From positions 32,001 through 96,000 of the IMG/VR virus record IMGVR_UViG_3300042294_004068: DNA of 64,000 nt; one strand, 5' to 3'. This document shows, piece by piece, positions 37,555-46,043 of this stretch. The notes under the pieces are model-generated. The model saw nothing but the letters and a program-made list of their open reading frames with translations. It was not told where the DNA came from and searched no databases. Every line of letters starts with the position of its first letter. The first letter of the stretch is position 1. The stretch is from a virus. A program made the translations under genes and the position numbers.

Positions 37555-38016
37555 ATGCCAGTCTTAAAAAAATATGATCTTGATGATCAAATTTGGAAAC
37601 CTATTGCTGTTGGAGCTACAGGTCCTACTGGTCCTACTGGCTTTGTTGGGCCTACTGGCCCAACGGGTGCACAGGGTGTTACTGGGCCTCAGGGGGACTG
37701 GTCAACTGCTCAACCTGTTGTGACAAAAAGCGCTTCTTTTATTTTAGAGCTAACTGATGCTGGAAAAATTTTAAAATGTGATAACGGTGCTTCTATGATT
37801 GCAACAATACCTGTTGAAGCATCAGTTGCTTTTCAAGACGGTCAAAAAATTGACTTTATTCAATATGGAGCAGGTCAGCTTACCGTCGCTGGGGCAGTCG
37901 GCGTGACAGTAAGAGCAACTCCAACCAATAAATTGAGAGCTCGCTACTCTGTAGCTTCTGCCGTAAAAATTGGAACTAACGAGTGGATTCTCGTCGGAGA
38001 CTTGGCACTAATTTAA
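37555..38016 (+). CDS. Short collagen-like adaptor protein
   Basis: MPVLKKYD..WKPI, a short GPT run, and a C-terminal domain paralogous to that of 19297-21186. Confidence 0.82.
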   Translation: MPVLKKYDLDDQIWKPIAVGATGPTGPTGFVGPTGPTGAQGVTGPQGDWSTAQPVVTKSASFILELTDAGKILKCDNGASMIATIPVEASVAFQDGQKIDFIQYGAGQLTVAGAVGVTVRATPTNKLRARYSVASAVKIGTNEWILVGDLALI

Positions 38017-38018
38017 AA

Positions 38019-38648
38019 ATGCCAATTAATGTCGGGTCCATTGCTGGTGCAGGTTATTTAAAAAACCCTGCAGAAGCTTTTAATTTAGATTACAGGGTTA
38101 ATTATATTAAAAACCCGACTTTTGAAGTAGACATCTCTGACTGGACACCTTTTGCTGGAACTACCTTAGAAAGAGATACAAACGAATTTAACACAGGGTC
38201 AGCTTGTCTTAAAGTTACAAACACCTCTGGAGGAGGTGTTCAAACACTTGAAAGAATCCCATTTATTGACACTTCAGAAGAGTGGACTGTCAGCGCTTAT
38301 GTAAAGCTTGATGCTCTAAATGACAATGCGACTTACTATCTTCGTCATCTTCAATACACCACAAGCAATGCTTCAGCTGCTATATCTAGTGGAAATATTG
38401 GAATTCAAGCCCTAACTAGTGCTGATGGCTGGGTTAGATTGAGCGGGTCTTTTACTAGAACCTCTGGAGCTAATTTTTTTGCACTAAGAATTGTGACCAC
38501 TTCAGCATCTAATACAGACGTATTTTTTGTTGACTCTGTTATGGCAGAAAGGTCTTCCACTTTGGGGACCTATTTTGATGGCTCACTAGACGGATTTTGG
38601 ACTGGAACTCCCCACTCAAGCTATAGCGGTGCTACCCCATACGTGTAA
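38019..38648 (+). CDS. Carbohydrate-binding-module-like (CBM4/9-type jelly roll) protein
   Basis: Likely start ATG 38019 (MPINVG). NYIKNPTFE...W, WTVSAYVK, WVRLSGSF, FFVDSVMAE, YFDGS. Confidence 0.7.
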   Translation: MPINVGSIAGAGYLKNPAEAFNLDYRVNYIKNPTFEVDISDWTPFAGTTLERDTNEFNTGSACLKVTNTSGGGVQTLERIPFIDTSEEWTVSAYVKLDALNDNATYYLRHLQYTTSNASAAISSGNIGIQALTSADGWVRLSGSFTRTSGANFFALRIVTTSASNTDVFFVDSVMAERSSTLGTYFDGSLDGFWTGTPHSSYSGATPYV

Positions 38649-38680
38649 TTTAAGGTAAGCTATTTTACGAAAGGACGAAA

Positions 38681-39256
38681 ATGACATATCCCAACTGGTT
38701 TGAAAATGATGGTCAAGAGAACTTTAAAAACCATCTACTAGAGTTTTTAAATAAACCTGCTCGAATGTTGCAAATAGGCGCATACACAGGGGATGCTTCT
38801 GTGTGGCTTTGGGACAACATATTACGTCACAACCCAGACTCGGTGTTGATTGATGTAGACACGTGGGAGGGTTCTGACGAACCTGTTCATAATCAGATGA
38901 ACTGGGAGTCTGTAGAAAGTTTTTATGATGTAAAAACTTTAGTAGGGCAGCAGAGCAAAAAAATTATTAAAGTCAAGTCTACAAGTGATTGGTTTTTTAA
39001 AAATAATTTAGAGAAGTATGACTTTGTGTATGTTGATGGGGATCATACTTCCTATGGTGTAATAAAAGATGCAATAAGCGCTTACGAGTGTTTAAATGTA
39101 AATGGAATAATAGCTTTTGATGATTATCAATGGTCCGCTGGGCTTGGCTATTTAAATGAGCCAAAGTTGGCAATAGATGCCTTTAATGCAGTTTATTCGG
39201 ACCGACTCGAACTTTTAGTTGACGGATATCAGCGTTGGTATAGGAAGACAAGGTAG
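38681..39256 (+). CDS. Class I SAM-dependent methyltransferase (Methyltransf_24-like)
   Basis: LQIGAYTGDAS, VDTWEGS, DFVYVDGDH, GIIAFDDY. Confidence 0.88.
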   Translation: MTYPNWFENDGQENFKNHLLEFLNKPARMLQIGAYTGDASVWLWDNILRHNPDSVLIDVDTWEGSDEPVHNQMNWESVESFYDVKTLVGQQSKKIIKVKSTSDWFFKNNLEKYDFVYVDGDHTSYGVIKDAISAYECLNVNGIIAFDDYQWSAGLGYLNEPKLAIDAFNAVYSDRLELLVDGYQRWYRKTR

Positions 39257-39268
39257 GATGCTCACATG
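39254..39268 (+). promoter_or_regulatory. Putative -10 element for a leaderless transcript of the glycosyltransferase gene
   Basis: GG-TAGGAT lies 6 nt before ATG 39266. The TAG is also the methyltransferase stop. Confidence 0.5.
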
Positions 39269-40342
39269 AAAGTAGCTATATACACAATCGCATTAAATGA
39301 ACGACAGTTTGTTGATAAATGGTATGAAGCTTCAAAAGAAGCTGATTACTTGTTAATAGCCGATACAGGCTCCACAGACGGCACCGTTGAGCGTGCAAAA
39401 GAGCTTGGAATTAATGTAGTCGATGTTCGAGTATCCCCTTGGCGTTTTGATGATGCTAGAAACGCAGCAATGGCAGCTTTACCAATCGATATTGATATGT
39501 GTATCTCCCTTGATATGGATGAAGTAATTACTCCTAACTGGCGTCCATTGCTTGAAGCTGCATGGCAACGTGGAGTAACACGTCCTCGCTATAAGCATAT
39601 TTGGTCTTGGAATGATGATGGGACTCCAGGTTTGGAGTTTAGCTATGACCACATTCATACTCGTAAAAATTATCGTTGGCGTCACCCAGTGCATGAGTGT
39701 TTATATGTATACGGACGCGAGGAAGTACAAGAGTGGATTGAAGGTTTAGAGACTCACCACCACCCAGACCCAACAAAGTCGCGCTCTCAGTATCTACCGT
39801 TGTTAGCTCTTTCTGTTCAAGAAGATCCATATAACGACCGCAATGCGTTCTACTATGGTCGAGAACTTTATTTTTATGGTCGCTACCAAGAAGCAGCAGT
39901 AGAGCTAAAGCGACATCTTGAACTCCCAACAGCTCGGTGGGCACCAGAGCGTGCTGCATCAATGCGCTTTATTGGTAAGAGTCTTCCTGCAGAAGCAGAG
40001 ATTTGGTTTCGTAAAGCTATCGATCAAGCTCCAGGACGACGTGAACCTTTTGTTGATTTAGCAGAGTTGTACTATCAACGTAAAGATTGGCAGAAGTGTT
40101 ATGAAGCTGCTAAAGATGCTATTGCCATTGCTGAGAAACCTTTAGAGTATTTGTGCGAAGCAAAAGCATGGGGAGCAGCCCCGCACGATTTTGCTGCAAT
40201 TTCTGCTTACTATTTAGGTAAGTTTGAAGAAGCAGTGGAGCATGCAAAGAACGCTTTTAGCATCGAGCCAGATAATGAAAGACTTGCAGAAAATCTTAAA
40301 TTTTGTCTTAGCGCTGTAAATCCAGAAGAAAAGAGTGTCTAG
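39266..40342 (+). CDS. GT2 (GT-A) glycosyltransferase with C-terminal TPR repeats
   Basis: IALNE, IADTGSTDGT, FDDARNAA, DxD in SLDMDE, WRHPVHE. TPR helices (AFYYGRELYFYGRYQEA; ISAYYLGKFEEAVEH). Confidence 0.92.
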   Translation: MKVAIYTIALNERQFVDKWYEASKEADYLLIADTGSTDGTVERAKELGINVVDVRVSPWRFDDARNAAMAALPIDIDMCISLDMDEVITPNWRPLLEAAWQRGVTRPRYKHIWSWNDDGTPGLEFSYDHIHTRKNYRWRHPVHECLYVYGREEVQEWIEGLETHHHPDPTKSRSQYLPLLALSVQEDPYNDRNAFYYGRELYFYGRYQEAAVELKRHLELPTARWAPERAASMRFIGKSLPAEAEIWFRKAIDQAPGRREPFVDLAELYYQRKDWQKCYEAAKDAIAIAEKPLEYLCEAKAWGAAPHDFAAISAYYLGKFEEAVEHAKNAFSIEPDNERLAENLKFCLSAVNPEEKSV

Positions 40343-41850
40343 TGAAATTTGTAGTCTGTGGTGGTGGAACAGCTGGATGGCTTACCGCTTTAACCATTCA
40401 CTCTAGTAATCCAAAGTTTCATGAAGTAGTGGTTATAGAATCACAAAAAATAGGAATTATTGGAGCTGGAGAGGCTACAAGCGGTTTTCTCTACGATGTA
40501 TTAGATGGCTCTACTTTATTTGGAAATAATCAAACAATGAACCCAAACAAAGTGGCTTTTGATTTTGCAGAGTTTGCTAAAAAAGTCGATGCTGTACCTA
40601 AGTACGCACTTAAACACATCAACTGGGCTAAAGACAAAGGCTCTTATTGGGCACCAATTAACGGCTCAGAAACTTCTAAGCGCTCTCCTGACCATCTATT
40701 TAATTATGTTGTAACAGAGTTTGGTCCTGAAAAAGCTTATCTATCTTCTGTATTAGGGCAGTCTTATGATCTAAATAAACTTCCGCCAGCGGGTGGAGGT
40801 TATGGGTTTCAGTTTGATGCCCATAAAGTAGCTAAATTTTTACGAGAGTATATAACTACAACCACAAAAACTACTCATATAGATTCAATTATCAAGGATG
40901 TTACTGTTACTAGCGATGGTCTAGTTGAAAGCGTAATTATCGAAGATGGTCAAGTCATTGAAGGAGATTTTTTCATTGACGCTACTGGATTTGTTAGATT
41001 GTTGGCAAACAAGGTCGGGATTGGGTGGACAGACTACAAAAACCAACTTCTTGTAGATAGAGCTATGCCTTTTATAGTTCCATACAAAGAAGAAGAAAAA
41101 GTACAACCTGTAACAGTTGCAGAAGCTCTTTCTTCTGGTTGGATGTGGCGAACTCCTACAGGAGGCCGCCGAGGTTGTGGGTATGTCTACAGCAGTGCGT
41201 TTATTTCTGAGGATGAAGCTCAAAAAGAAGCTGAAAAAATTATGGGGCACCCTATTGAGCCAATTAAGCATATTAAATATGAATCAGGCCGAGTGGACCA
41301 ATTTTGGAAAGGCAATGTTTTGGTAGTTGGCCTTGCAAGCTCTTTTATTGAACCTTTAGAGGCAACCAGTATTCATGCAACTATTATGCAAATTTTTAGT
41401 TTCTGTCAAGAGTATCTTTCAGATACAAAAGAAAAAACTTTAAACCCTGCTTCAATACAAAAATACAACGCTAAAACTGAAAAAATGTATGAGTATTATA
41501 AAGACTTCACGGTGTTCCACTATCAAGGTGGAAGAGAAGATTCCGAGTTTTGGAAAACTATTAAGTTCGACAAGATTACCTCTCCTGCTGTAGAAAACTA
41601 CATCGAGAGGTCAAAGAGTAGAATTCCTAGTGCTTTACATTTTATGGATTTTTGGGGTGTAGATTCTCTATGGAAGTGGACCTTAGCTGGTCTTGGGTAT
41701 GTTTCAAGAGAACAAGCAATGAGTGAGTTGAAACAATTTGATCAATTTGAATTTGCTCAAGCTCAATACAGAGCATTTAGAGAAGACATGAGAAAAATTC
41801 ATGAAAATAGTAGACCTTTTGAGATGAATCCCAAAGACTTTATTATTTAA
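40342..41850 (+). CDS. Flavin-dependent halogenase (tryptophan halogenase family)
   Basis: GGGTAGW, IGAGEAT, catalytic-Lys region AVPKYALKHINW, FQFDA, DFFIDATGF, GWMWRTP (WxWxIP-like), GYVYS, FIEPLEATSI. The GTG overlaps the GT stop. Confidence 0.9.
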   Translation: MKFVVCGGGTAGWLTALTIHSSNPKFHEVVVIESQKIGIIGAGEATSGFLYDVLDGSTLFGNNQTMNPNKVAFDFAEFAKKVDAVPKYALKHINWAKDKGSYWAPINGSETSKRSPDHLFNYVVTEFGPEKAYLSSVLGQSYDLNKLPPAGGGYGFQFDAHKVAKFLREYITTTTKTTHIDSIIKDVTVTSDGLVESVIIEDGQVIEGDFFIDATGFVRLLANKVGIGWTDYKNQLLVDRAMPFIVPYKEEEKVQPVTVAEALSSGWMWRTPTGGRRGCGYVYSSAFISEDEAQKEAEKIMGHPIEPIKHIKYESGRVDQFWKGNVLVVGLASSFIEPLEATSIHATIMQIFSFCQEYLSDTKEKTLNPASIQKYNAKTEKMYEYYKDFTVFHYQGGREDSEFWKTIKFDKITSPAVENYIERSKSRIPSALHFMDFWGVDSLWKWTLAGLGYVSREQAMSELKQFDQFEFAQAQYRAFREDMRKIHENSRPFEMNPKDFII

Positions 41851-42391
41851 GTTGTTGCTTCTTAAGTTTTTTAGCTAAACGTTTCTTTTCTAGCTTTAAA
41901 GCTTTTTTCTCTCGAATGCGTGCTCTTTTTTCAGATTTATCAATACGCTCTTGTTTATAAGCTTCAATAGCATTTACGCTAGTTCGACTGCGCCAAGAAA
42001 AGCCACACACCGTACATGTGACTATCTTGGCGACAGTCCACCTACCACCACCAGGAATTTCCTGAGAACTTGTTTCCAGCTTTGAAGGACGTGCTGAGCA
42101 ATAAGGACAGTGCGGGTATCTACGGCGTTTTATCTCTTCACCCTTATAAGAAACAGAAAGTGCTCGACGTATTTCACTTTCGTCTTTGCCGCCCCATGTG
42201 CCCCAAATTTGTCGGTGCTCTAAAGCCCACTGCAGACATTGCGCTCTTACGGGACATTCATAGCAAAGATTTTTTGCATCATATTTTTGCTTTGGGTCTT
42301 TGGAGAAAAACCAGTCTCTATAATGATTATTTCCTGGCTGAGCACAAAGGGCTTCAGACTGCCATTCTATGTTATTAGCTGGTTTCCACAC
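41843..42391 (-). CDS. whiB: WhiB-family regulator fused to a C-terminal zinc ribbon and Lys-rich tail
   Basis: W..EALC..WFF..AKNLCYECPVRAQCL..WGTWGG, followed by CPYC...CTVC. Confidence 0.9.
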   Translation of the reverse strand: MWKPANNIEWQSEALCAQPGNNHYRDWFFSKDPKQKYDAKNLCYECPVRAQCLQWALEHRQIWGTWGGKDESEIRRALSVSYKGEEIKRRRYPHCPYCSARPSKLETSSQEIPGGGRWTVAKIVTCTVCGFSWRSRTSVNAIEAYKQERIDKSEKRARIREKKALKLEKKRLAKKLKKQQLK

Positions 42392-42452
42392 ACATTAGAC
42401 TATATACTATAAAACCATAAAATAAGTAAGCAACACACTATAAACTATAAAA

Positions 42453-42791
42453 CTATAATTCAACCCAAGTGAACTCAAAAACTTCTTCTACGTACTCACC
42501 GTATTCGGTTTCACCATTTGCATCACAGAAGGTGTAATTATTTTCTCCTTCTATAATACCTGCCCAACCAATTTCTACATGTGAATCCACAATTGAATTA
42601 AACCCATCTGACAGAGAATCGACTATGCCGTCTCTTTGTAGTGTTGATGCTAGACCCCTGCGAACTAATTCATTTTCAAGATCAACATGCTCTTTAGTAT
42701 AATAAATGCTATCAGTGTAAAGTTTTTGTTCAATGTAGCCTTCACCGTCCCAGTGAATCCAAAGAGACTCGCCAATTCTTTTATCCTTCAT
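42453..42791 (-). CDS. Hypothetical acidic protein
   Basis: GGGAG RBS; tightly packed in the minus-strand operon. Confidence 0.7.
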   Translation of the reverse strand: MKDKRIGESLWIHWDGEGYIEQKLYTDSIYYTKEHVDLENELVRRGLASTLQRDGIVDSLSDGFNSIVDSHVEIGWAGIIEGENNYTFCDANGETEYGEYVEEVFEFTWVEL

Positions 42792-42793
42792 GA

Positions 42794-43114
42794 CTACTCC
42801 CTATCTTCCCCATAATAGCCACCAAGCTCGTCTTCTTGGTATTCATCTTCCTCATATGCTCGAGATTCTTCAGACTCGGCAGAGAAGACAATCTTGTGTT
42901 CTTTTACATCAAAGATCCCAGCAATTGTGATTTTCCCACAGACGGAGCAGCTTTCAACTGTCCCTGTATTTATCTTTTGAGGTACATCCACACCTGACAA
43001 AGCCATTTTAATGTTGCCGTAGTCGTCCATACTGTGTGGCTCCCAGCGGGCGTGCTCTTTTAGCCAGCACTGCTCGCAGACTGGTGTAGGAGTGACTATA
43101 GGTCCACCGCTCAT
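42794..43114 (-). CDS. Hypothetical Zn-binding protein (CxxC...CxxC) with acidic tail
   Basis: CEQC and CSVC. A TAAAAT -10 lies 6 nt before the ATG. Confidence 0.7.
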   Translation of the reverse strand: MSGGPIVTPTPVCEQCWLKEHARWEPHSMDDYGNIKMALSGVDVPQKINTGTVESCSVCGKITIAGIFDVKEHKIVFSAESEESRAYEEDEYQEDELGGYYGEDRE

Positions 43115-43123
43115 ACAATAATT

Positions 43124-43402
43124 TTACGCTGTTTTCTTATAAGGGAATGGCTTACGTTTACTCTTTATATGCTTTCTATCAACAGGGCTTAAACCGCCCC
43201 ACATACCAAATTCTTCATTTTCTAGCCCCCATAAAGCACATTCAACAAGATGTGCACAACTCTTGCATATCTTTCTTGCACCTTCGTAATTTATTTCTGG
43301 TGTTCCAGGCAGATTTGGTTCATCTCTATCTTCAGAAAAAAAGAAGTTTCCTCCTACCTGAGCACAAAGTGGGTCTTCATACTGCCAAGGAGGACGAATC
43401 AT
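43124..43402 (-). CDS. whiB: WhiB-family transcriptional regulator
   Basis: PLCAQV..FF..ARKICKSC..LVECALWGL..FGMWGGLSPVDR. Confidence 0.92.
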   Translation of the reverse strand: MIRPPWQYEDPLCAQVGGNFFFSEDRDEPNLPGTPEINYEGARKICKSCAHLVECALWGLENEEFGMWGGLSPVDRKHIKSKRKPFPYKKTA

Positions 43403-43409
43403 TTAAAAC

Positions 43410-43718
43410 TTATCCCTTCTTCTTCTTGTCTTCTCGAAGTCCTACTTCATAACCACATCCAGCATAACCAGCAATATCAATCCATGTGTCTGGTTGGAAC
43501 TCACCTTTATTTGCATAGCGAGCCATTTTCAAACCAACCATCATCATTGCTACATCTTCGTTTGAAATAGGGATTCCTAGAATTACAGACCAAATTTTTG
43601 CTGTTCGGTCAAAATTATCTTCAGGGTCCCCATAATTAGTGTTTCTATCAGTAGAGATAATACGAGCTGCTTCTCTAAGAGCTTCTATGCGTGGGGGAGT
43701 TACTTCATTTTCCGACAT
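43410..43718 (-). CDS. DUF6378-like phage protein
   Basis: LREAARII..DRN..YGDPEDNF..A.IWS..DVAMMM..LKMAR..D.WIDIAGYA pattern. Confidence 0.8.
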   Translation of the reverse strand: MSENEVTPPRIEALREAARIISTDRNTNYGDPEDNFDRTAKIWSVILGIPISNEDVAMMMVGLKMARYANKGEFQPDTWIDIAGYAGCGYEVGLREDKKKKG

Positions 43719-43956
43719 CTTTTACCTTCGCAATCACTTGTGCAGAGTATTCGTATACAGACGTAATGTCTTCTTTTTGTGTGACTATTAGTTCGTAATT
43801 GACTTGTTGAAAATTTTCTGGGGTGTCTTCTTCGTCAAAAAAATCATCTCCCTCGTCATTAGTCCCTAAAAATTTTGCAATAGCTATGTCAGCTTTTTCA
43901 CGAAGCTCTTCATAACTATCACCTTGAACTGTTAGATTCAAGGTAATACTTTTCAT
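43705..43956 (-). CDS. Hypothetical protein
   Basis: Overlaps both neighbours (ATGA-type coupling with the upstream gene). Confidence 0.65.
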   Translation of the reverse strand: MKSITLNLTVQGDSYEELREKADIAIAKFLGTNDEGDDFFDEEDTPENFQQVNYELIVTQKEDITSVYEYSAQVIAKVKDVGK

Positions 43957-44375
43957 GTCAAGACCAGCTTCTCTAATTTAGCTGGTGGGTAGTGAGCCCC
44001 GTCAAGAATAGGTTCTTTACCATCATTACTTTTAATAATGACGTCTCCGTACCTAACACCCACAACAACGCCTCGACGTCCGTTGTGAATCGGCCCAAGT
44101 TCTCCATCAAAAGCATCAGCTTTGACTCGTACTTGTTCGGCTACTTTAATGAAACCTGCTTGTACTGGAATCCAAGTTTCATTTTTATTTTCTTTAACAA
44201 CAATGTGACCTTTTGCTAGTGAAGCAAACATATCAATTGCTTTATTTTTAAATTCAGGAGTAAGGTCTAAAGACTCAATCAGTTCAATTAATTTCATTGT
44301 GGCATCGCCAACTGGCTTTCTTACCTTAGCTGCCTGTAATTGGGACTTAACCCAATCCATGTCTAAGTTTGACAT
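43953..44375 (-). CDS. Hypothetical protein with SH3/KOW-like C-terminus
   Basis: Strong AAGGAGG RBS. VRVK..HNGRRGVVVGVRYGDVII. Confidence 0.7.
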   Translation of the reverse strand: MSNLDMDWVKSQLQAAKVRKPVGDATMKLIELIESLDLTPEFKNKAIDMFASLAKGHIVVKENKNETWIPVQAGFIKVAEQVRVKADAFDGELGPIHNGRRGVVVGVRYGDVIIKSNDGKEPILDGAHYPPAKLEKLVLT

Positions 44376-44424
44376 TTGACCTCCTTTCTTAAAGTGTATT
44401 AGTTTTTAGTTGTTTAGTAAAGGT

Positions 44425-45438
44425 TTAAGCTAACTGTTTTAGTGTTTTAGTTAATTTTTCGTTTATATCATCTTGGCTAGGAAGTTGATCAAGATATGAT
44501 TGTTTTTGACTAAACGCTAGTTCTGTCCGTTCCACCGTGTCCATAAGCTCTACGCTTGTTGCAAGATGTCTCCACTCTTCTCCCATATACCCCGTGATTT
44601 TCCAATCGTGAACTACAGGAACCCCCTGAGATAGAGATTGAGCAAGTGCAGGAGACCACCAAGATTCATTATTTCTATAGGTAGGTACAATCGTTCCGAC
44701 TGCTCCACGGATATGAGTGAGAGTCTCTGATTCAACTTCCCAAACGTCTTGTTTGATTGGGACAACCTTTTTTGTCAGCATTTGAGCGTAGCTTTTTCCA
44801 GAAGAATTAAAAGAATCGCACACCCAATACTCGTCACTGAGGTAGTAGTTTTTTGTTTTTTCTGGCTGAAGAAGGATGTACGAATCCACACTTACGCCTA
44901 CTAGGCTTTCTGCAGAAAGATTAGGAAGATATTTAGTTAGTAGGTCTGCAGTTGACCATGGGTAGGATGGGTAAAAAGTTGTGGGCCACGGTTCATTACT
45001 CAGATATTCAACAAAACTTTTAATCTCGGCTTTAAGCTCTGGATTGTCTACAACATCAGAATAACTTTTTCTTCTGTCATAAAAACTTTTAAAAGTTGAC
45101 GCCTCGGTGGTCCAAGCATTTAGAGACGGAGGAATTTTAAAACTCTCTGGGGCATCAATTAAAAGAGATAGGTTTCCTATTTCTTTACACTTATTTGCTG
45201 TTATAAAAGCAGGATAAATTTTGTTAGCAGAGATGCTGGTTGTTGGGGCAATACCAACTATTACCAAATCAAACTTTTCTAGATAAGACTTTTCCCAGTT
45301 AATTTGAGGGGAGGCAAAAGTAACGTCAACGCCAGCATTTTTAAAATTTTGACCTAATAAGTTACTAAAAGTAGGAGTTCTCTCTGCATGCTTTTTAGAC
45401 GCTTGCTGTGCAGTACATCCAGTAATTAAAACTTTCAT
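44425..45438 (-). CDS. Hypothetical protein, possibly a GT-B-fold glycosyltransferase
   Basis: Likely start MKVLITG at 45438 after AAGGA. Rossmann-like N-terminus (FDLVIVG) and C-terminal WWSPALAQSLSQGVPVV. The function is tentative. Confidence 0.45.
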   Translation of the reverse strand: MKVLITGCTAQQASKKHAERTPTFSNLLGQNFKNAGVDVTFASPQINWEKSYLEKFDLVIVGIAPTTSISANKIYPAFITANKCKEIGNLSLLIDAPESFKIPPSLNAWTTEASTFKSFYDRRKSYSDVVDNPELKAEIKSFVEYLSNEPWPTTFYPSYPWSTADLLTKYLPNLSAESLVGVSVDSYILLQPEKTKNYYLSDEYWVCDSFNSSGKSYAQMLTKKVVPIKQDVWEVESETLTHIRGAVGTIVPTYRNNESWWSPALAQSLSQGVPVVHDWKITGYMGEEWRHLATSVELMDTVERTELAFSQKQSYLDQLPSQDDINEKLTKTLKQLA

Positions 45439-45461
45439 AATGTCCTTTTTCATTTATGTGA

Positions 45462-45494
45462 AGAGCCACCCAACGCTAAACGTTGGGCGGCTCT
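45462..45494 (-). terminator. GC-rich stem-loop terminator downstream of the SSB gene
   Basis: AGAGCCACCCAACG-CTAAA-CGTTGGGCGGCTCT: a 14-bp stem with one C-U mismatch on the minus-strand transcript. Confidence 0.7.
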
Positions 45495-45509
45495 AACACA
45501 GATGTCACC

Positions 45510-46043
45510 TTAAAACGGTGCTGCTGGTGCCGCCGCAGGTGCAGCAGCTGGTGCTGGTGCTGGTGCAGGGGCTGGTGCAGGGGCTGGTGCCGCTGCAGCT
45601 GGTGCTGGTGGTACTGCAGCTCCTGCAGTTGCTCCACCCGCCGCTGGGTAGTAGTTCTTAATTTCGTTCTTCTTGTTACCCTGATAAGTCTTCTGACCAA
45701 CCTGAGCACGGAAGCGTCGACCCTGAAGTGCTGCTTCAATTTGTGCATTTGATGGTGCACGGTCGAAAAAGTCTTTTGTAAGACCTAGTGCGCCCATCTT
45801 ACGGAAAAAGATTCCGAGAGCTGTTGGGTTTTCAGGCGAAATTGTTAGGTTGTCCCAAACAAGACGCTTTGCGAAAGCACCAGATTCAACCTGTGCCTTG
45901 AGTGAAAACATTGTCTTACCAGACTGCGTTACCTTTGCAACAGCTTCTACAACATTCAAGTCGTAGTCGCCATCTGGTAGTGGCTCATAAGATGCAGATT
46001 CACCTGCATTTTTAATGAGGTCTGCCCAATTGAGAGTACTCAT
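45510..46043 (-). CDS. DUF669-type single-stranded DNA-binding protein
   Basis: YEPLPDGDY..V, SGKTM, RLVWDNL, YQGNKKNEIK. Ala/Pro linker ending in PF. Follows the Sak4-like ATPase. Confidence 0.8.
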   Translation of the reverse strand: MSTLNWADLIKNAGESASYEPLPDGDYDLNVVEAVAKVTQSGKTMFSLKAQVESGAFAKRLVWDNLTISPENPTALGIFFRKMGALGLTKDFFDRAPSNAQIEAALQGRRFRAQVGQKTYQGNKKNEIKNYYPAAGGATAGAAVPPAPAAAAPAPAPAPAPAPAPAAAPAAAPAAPF

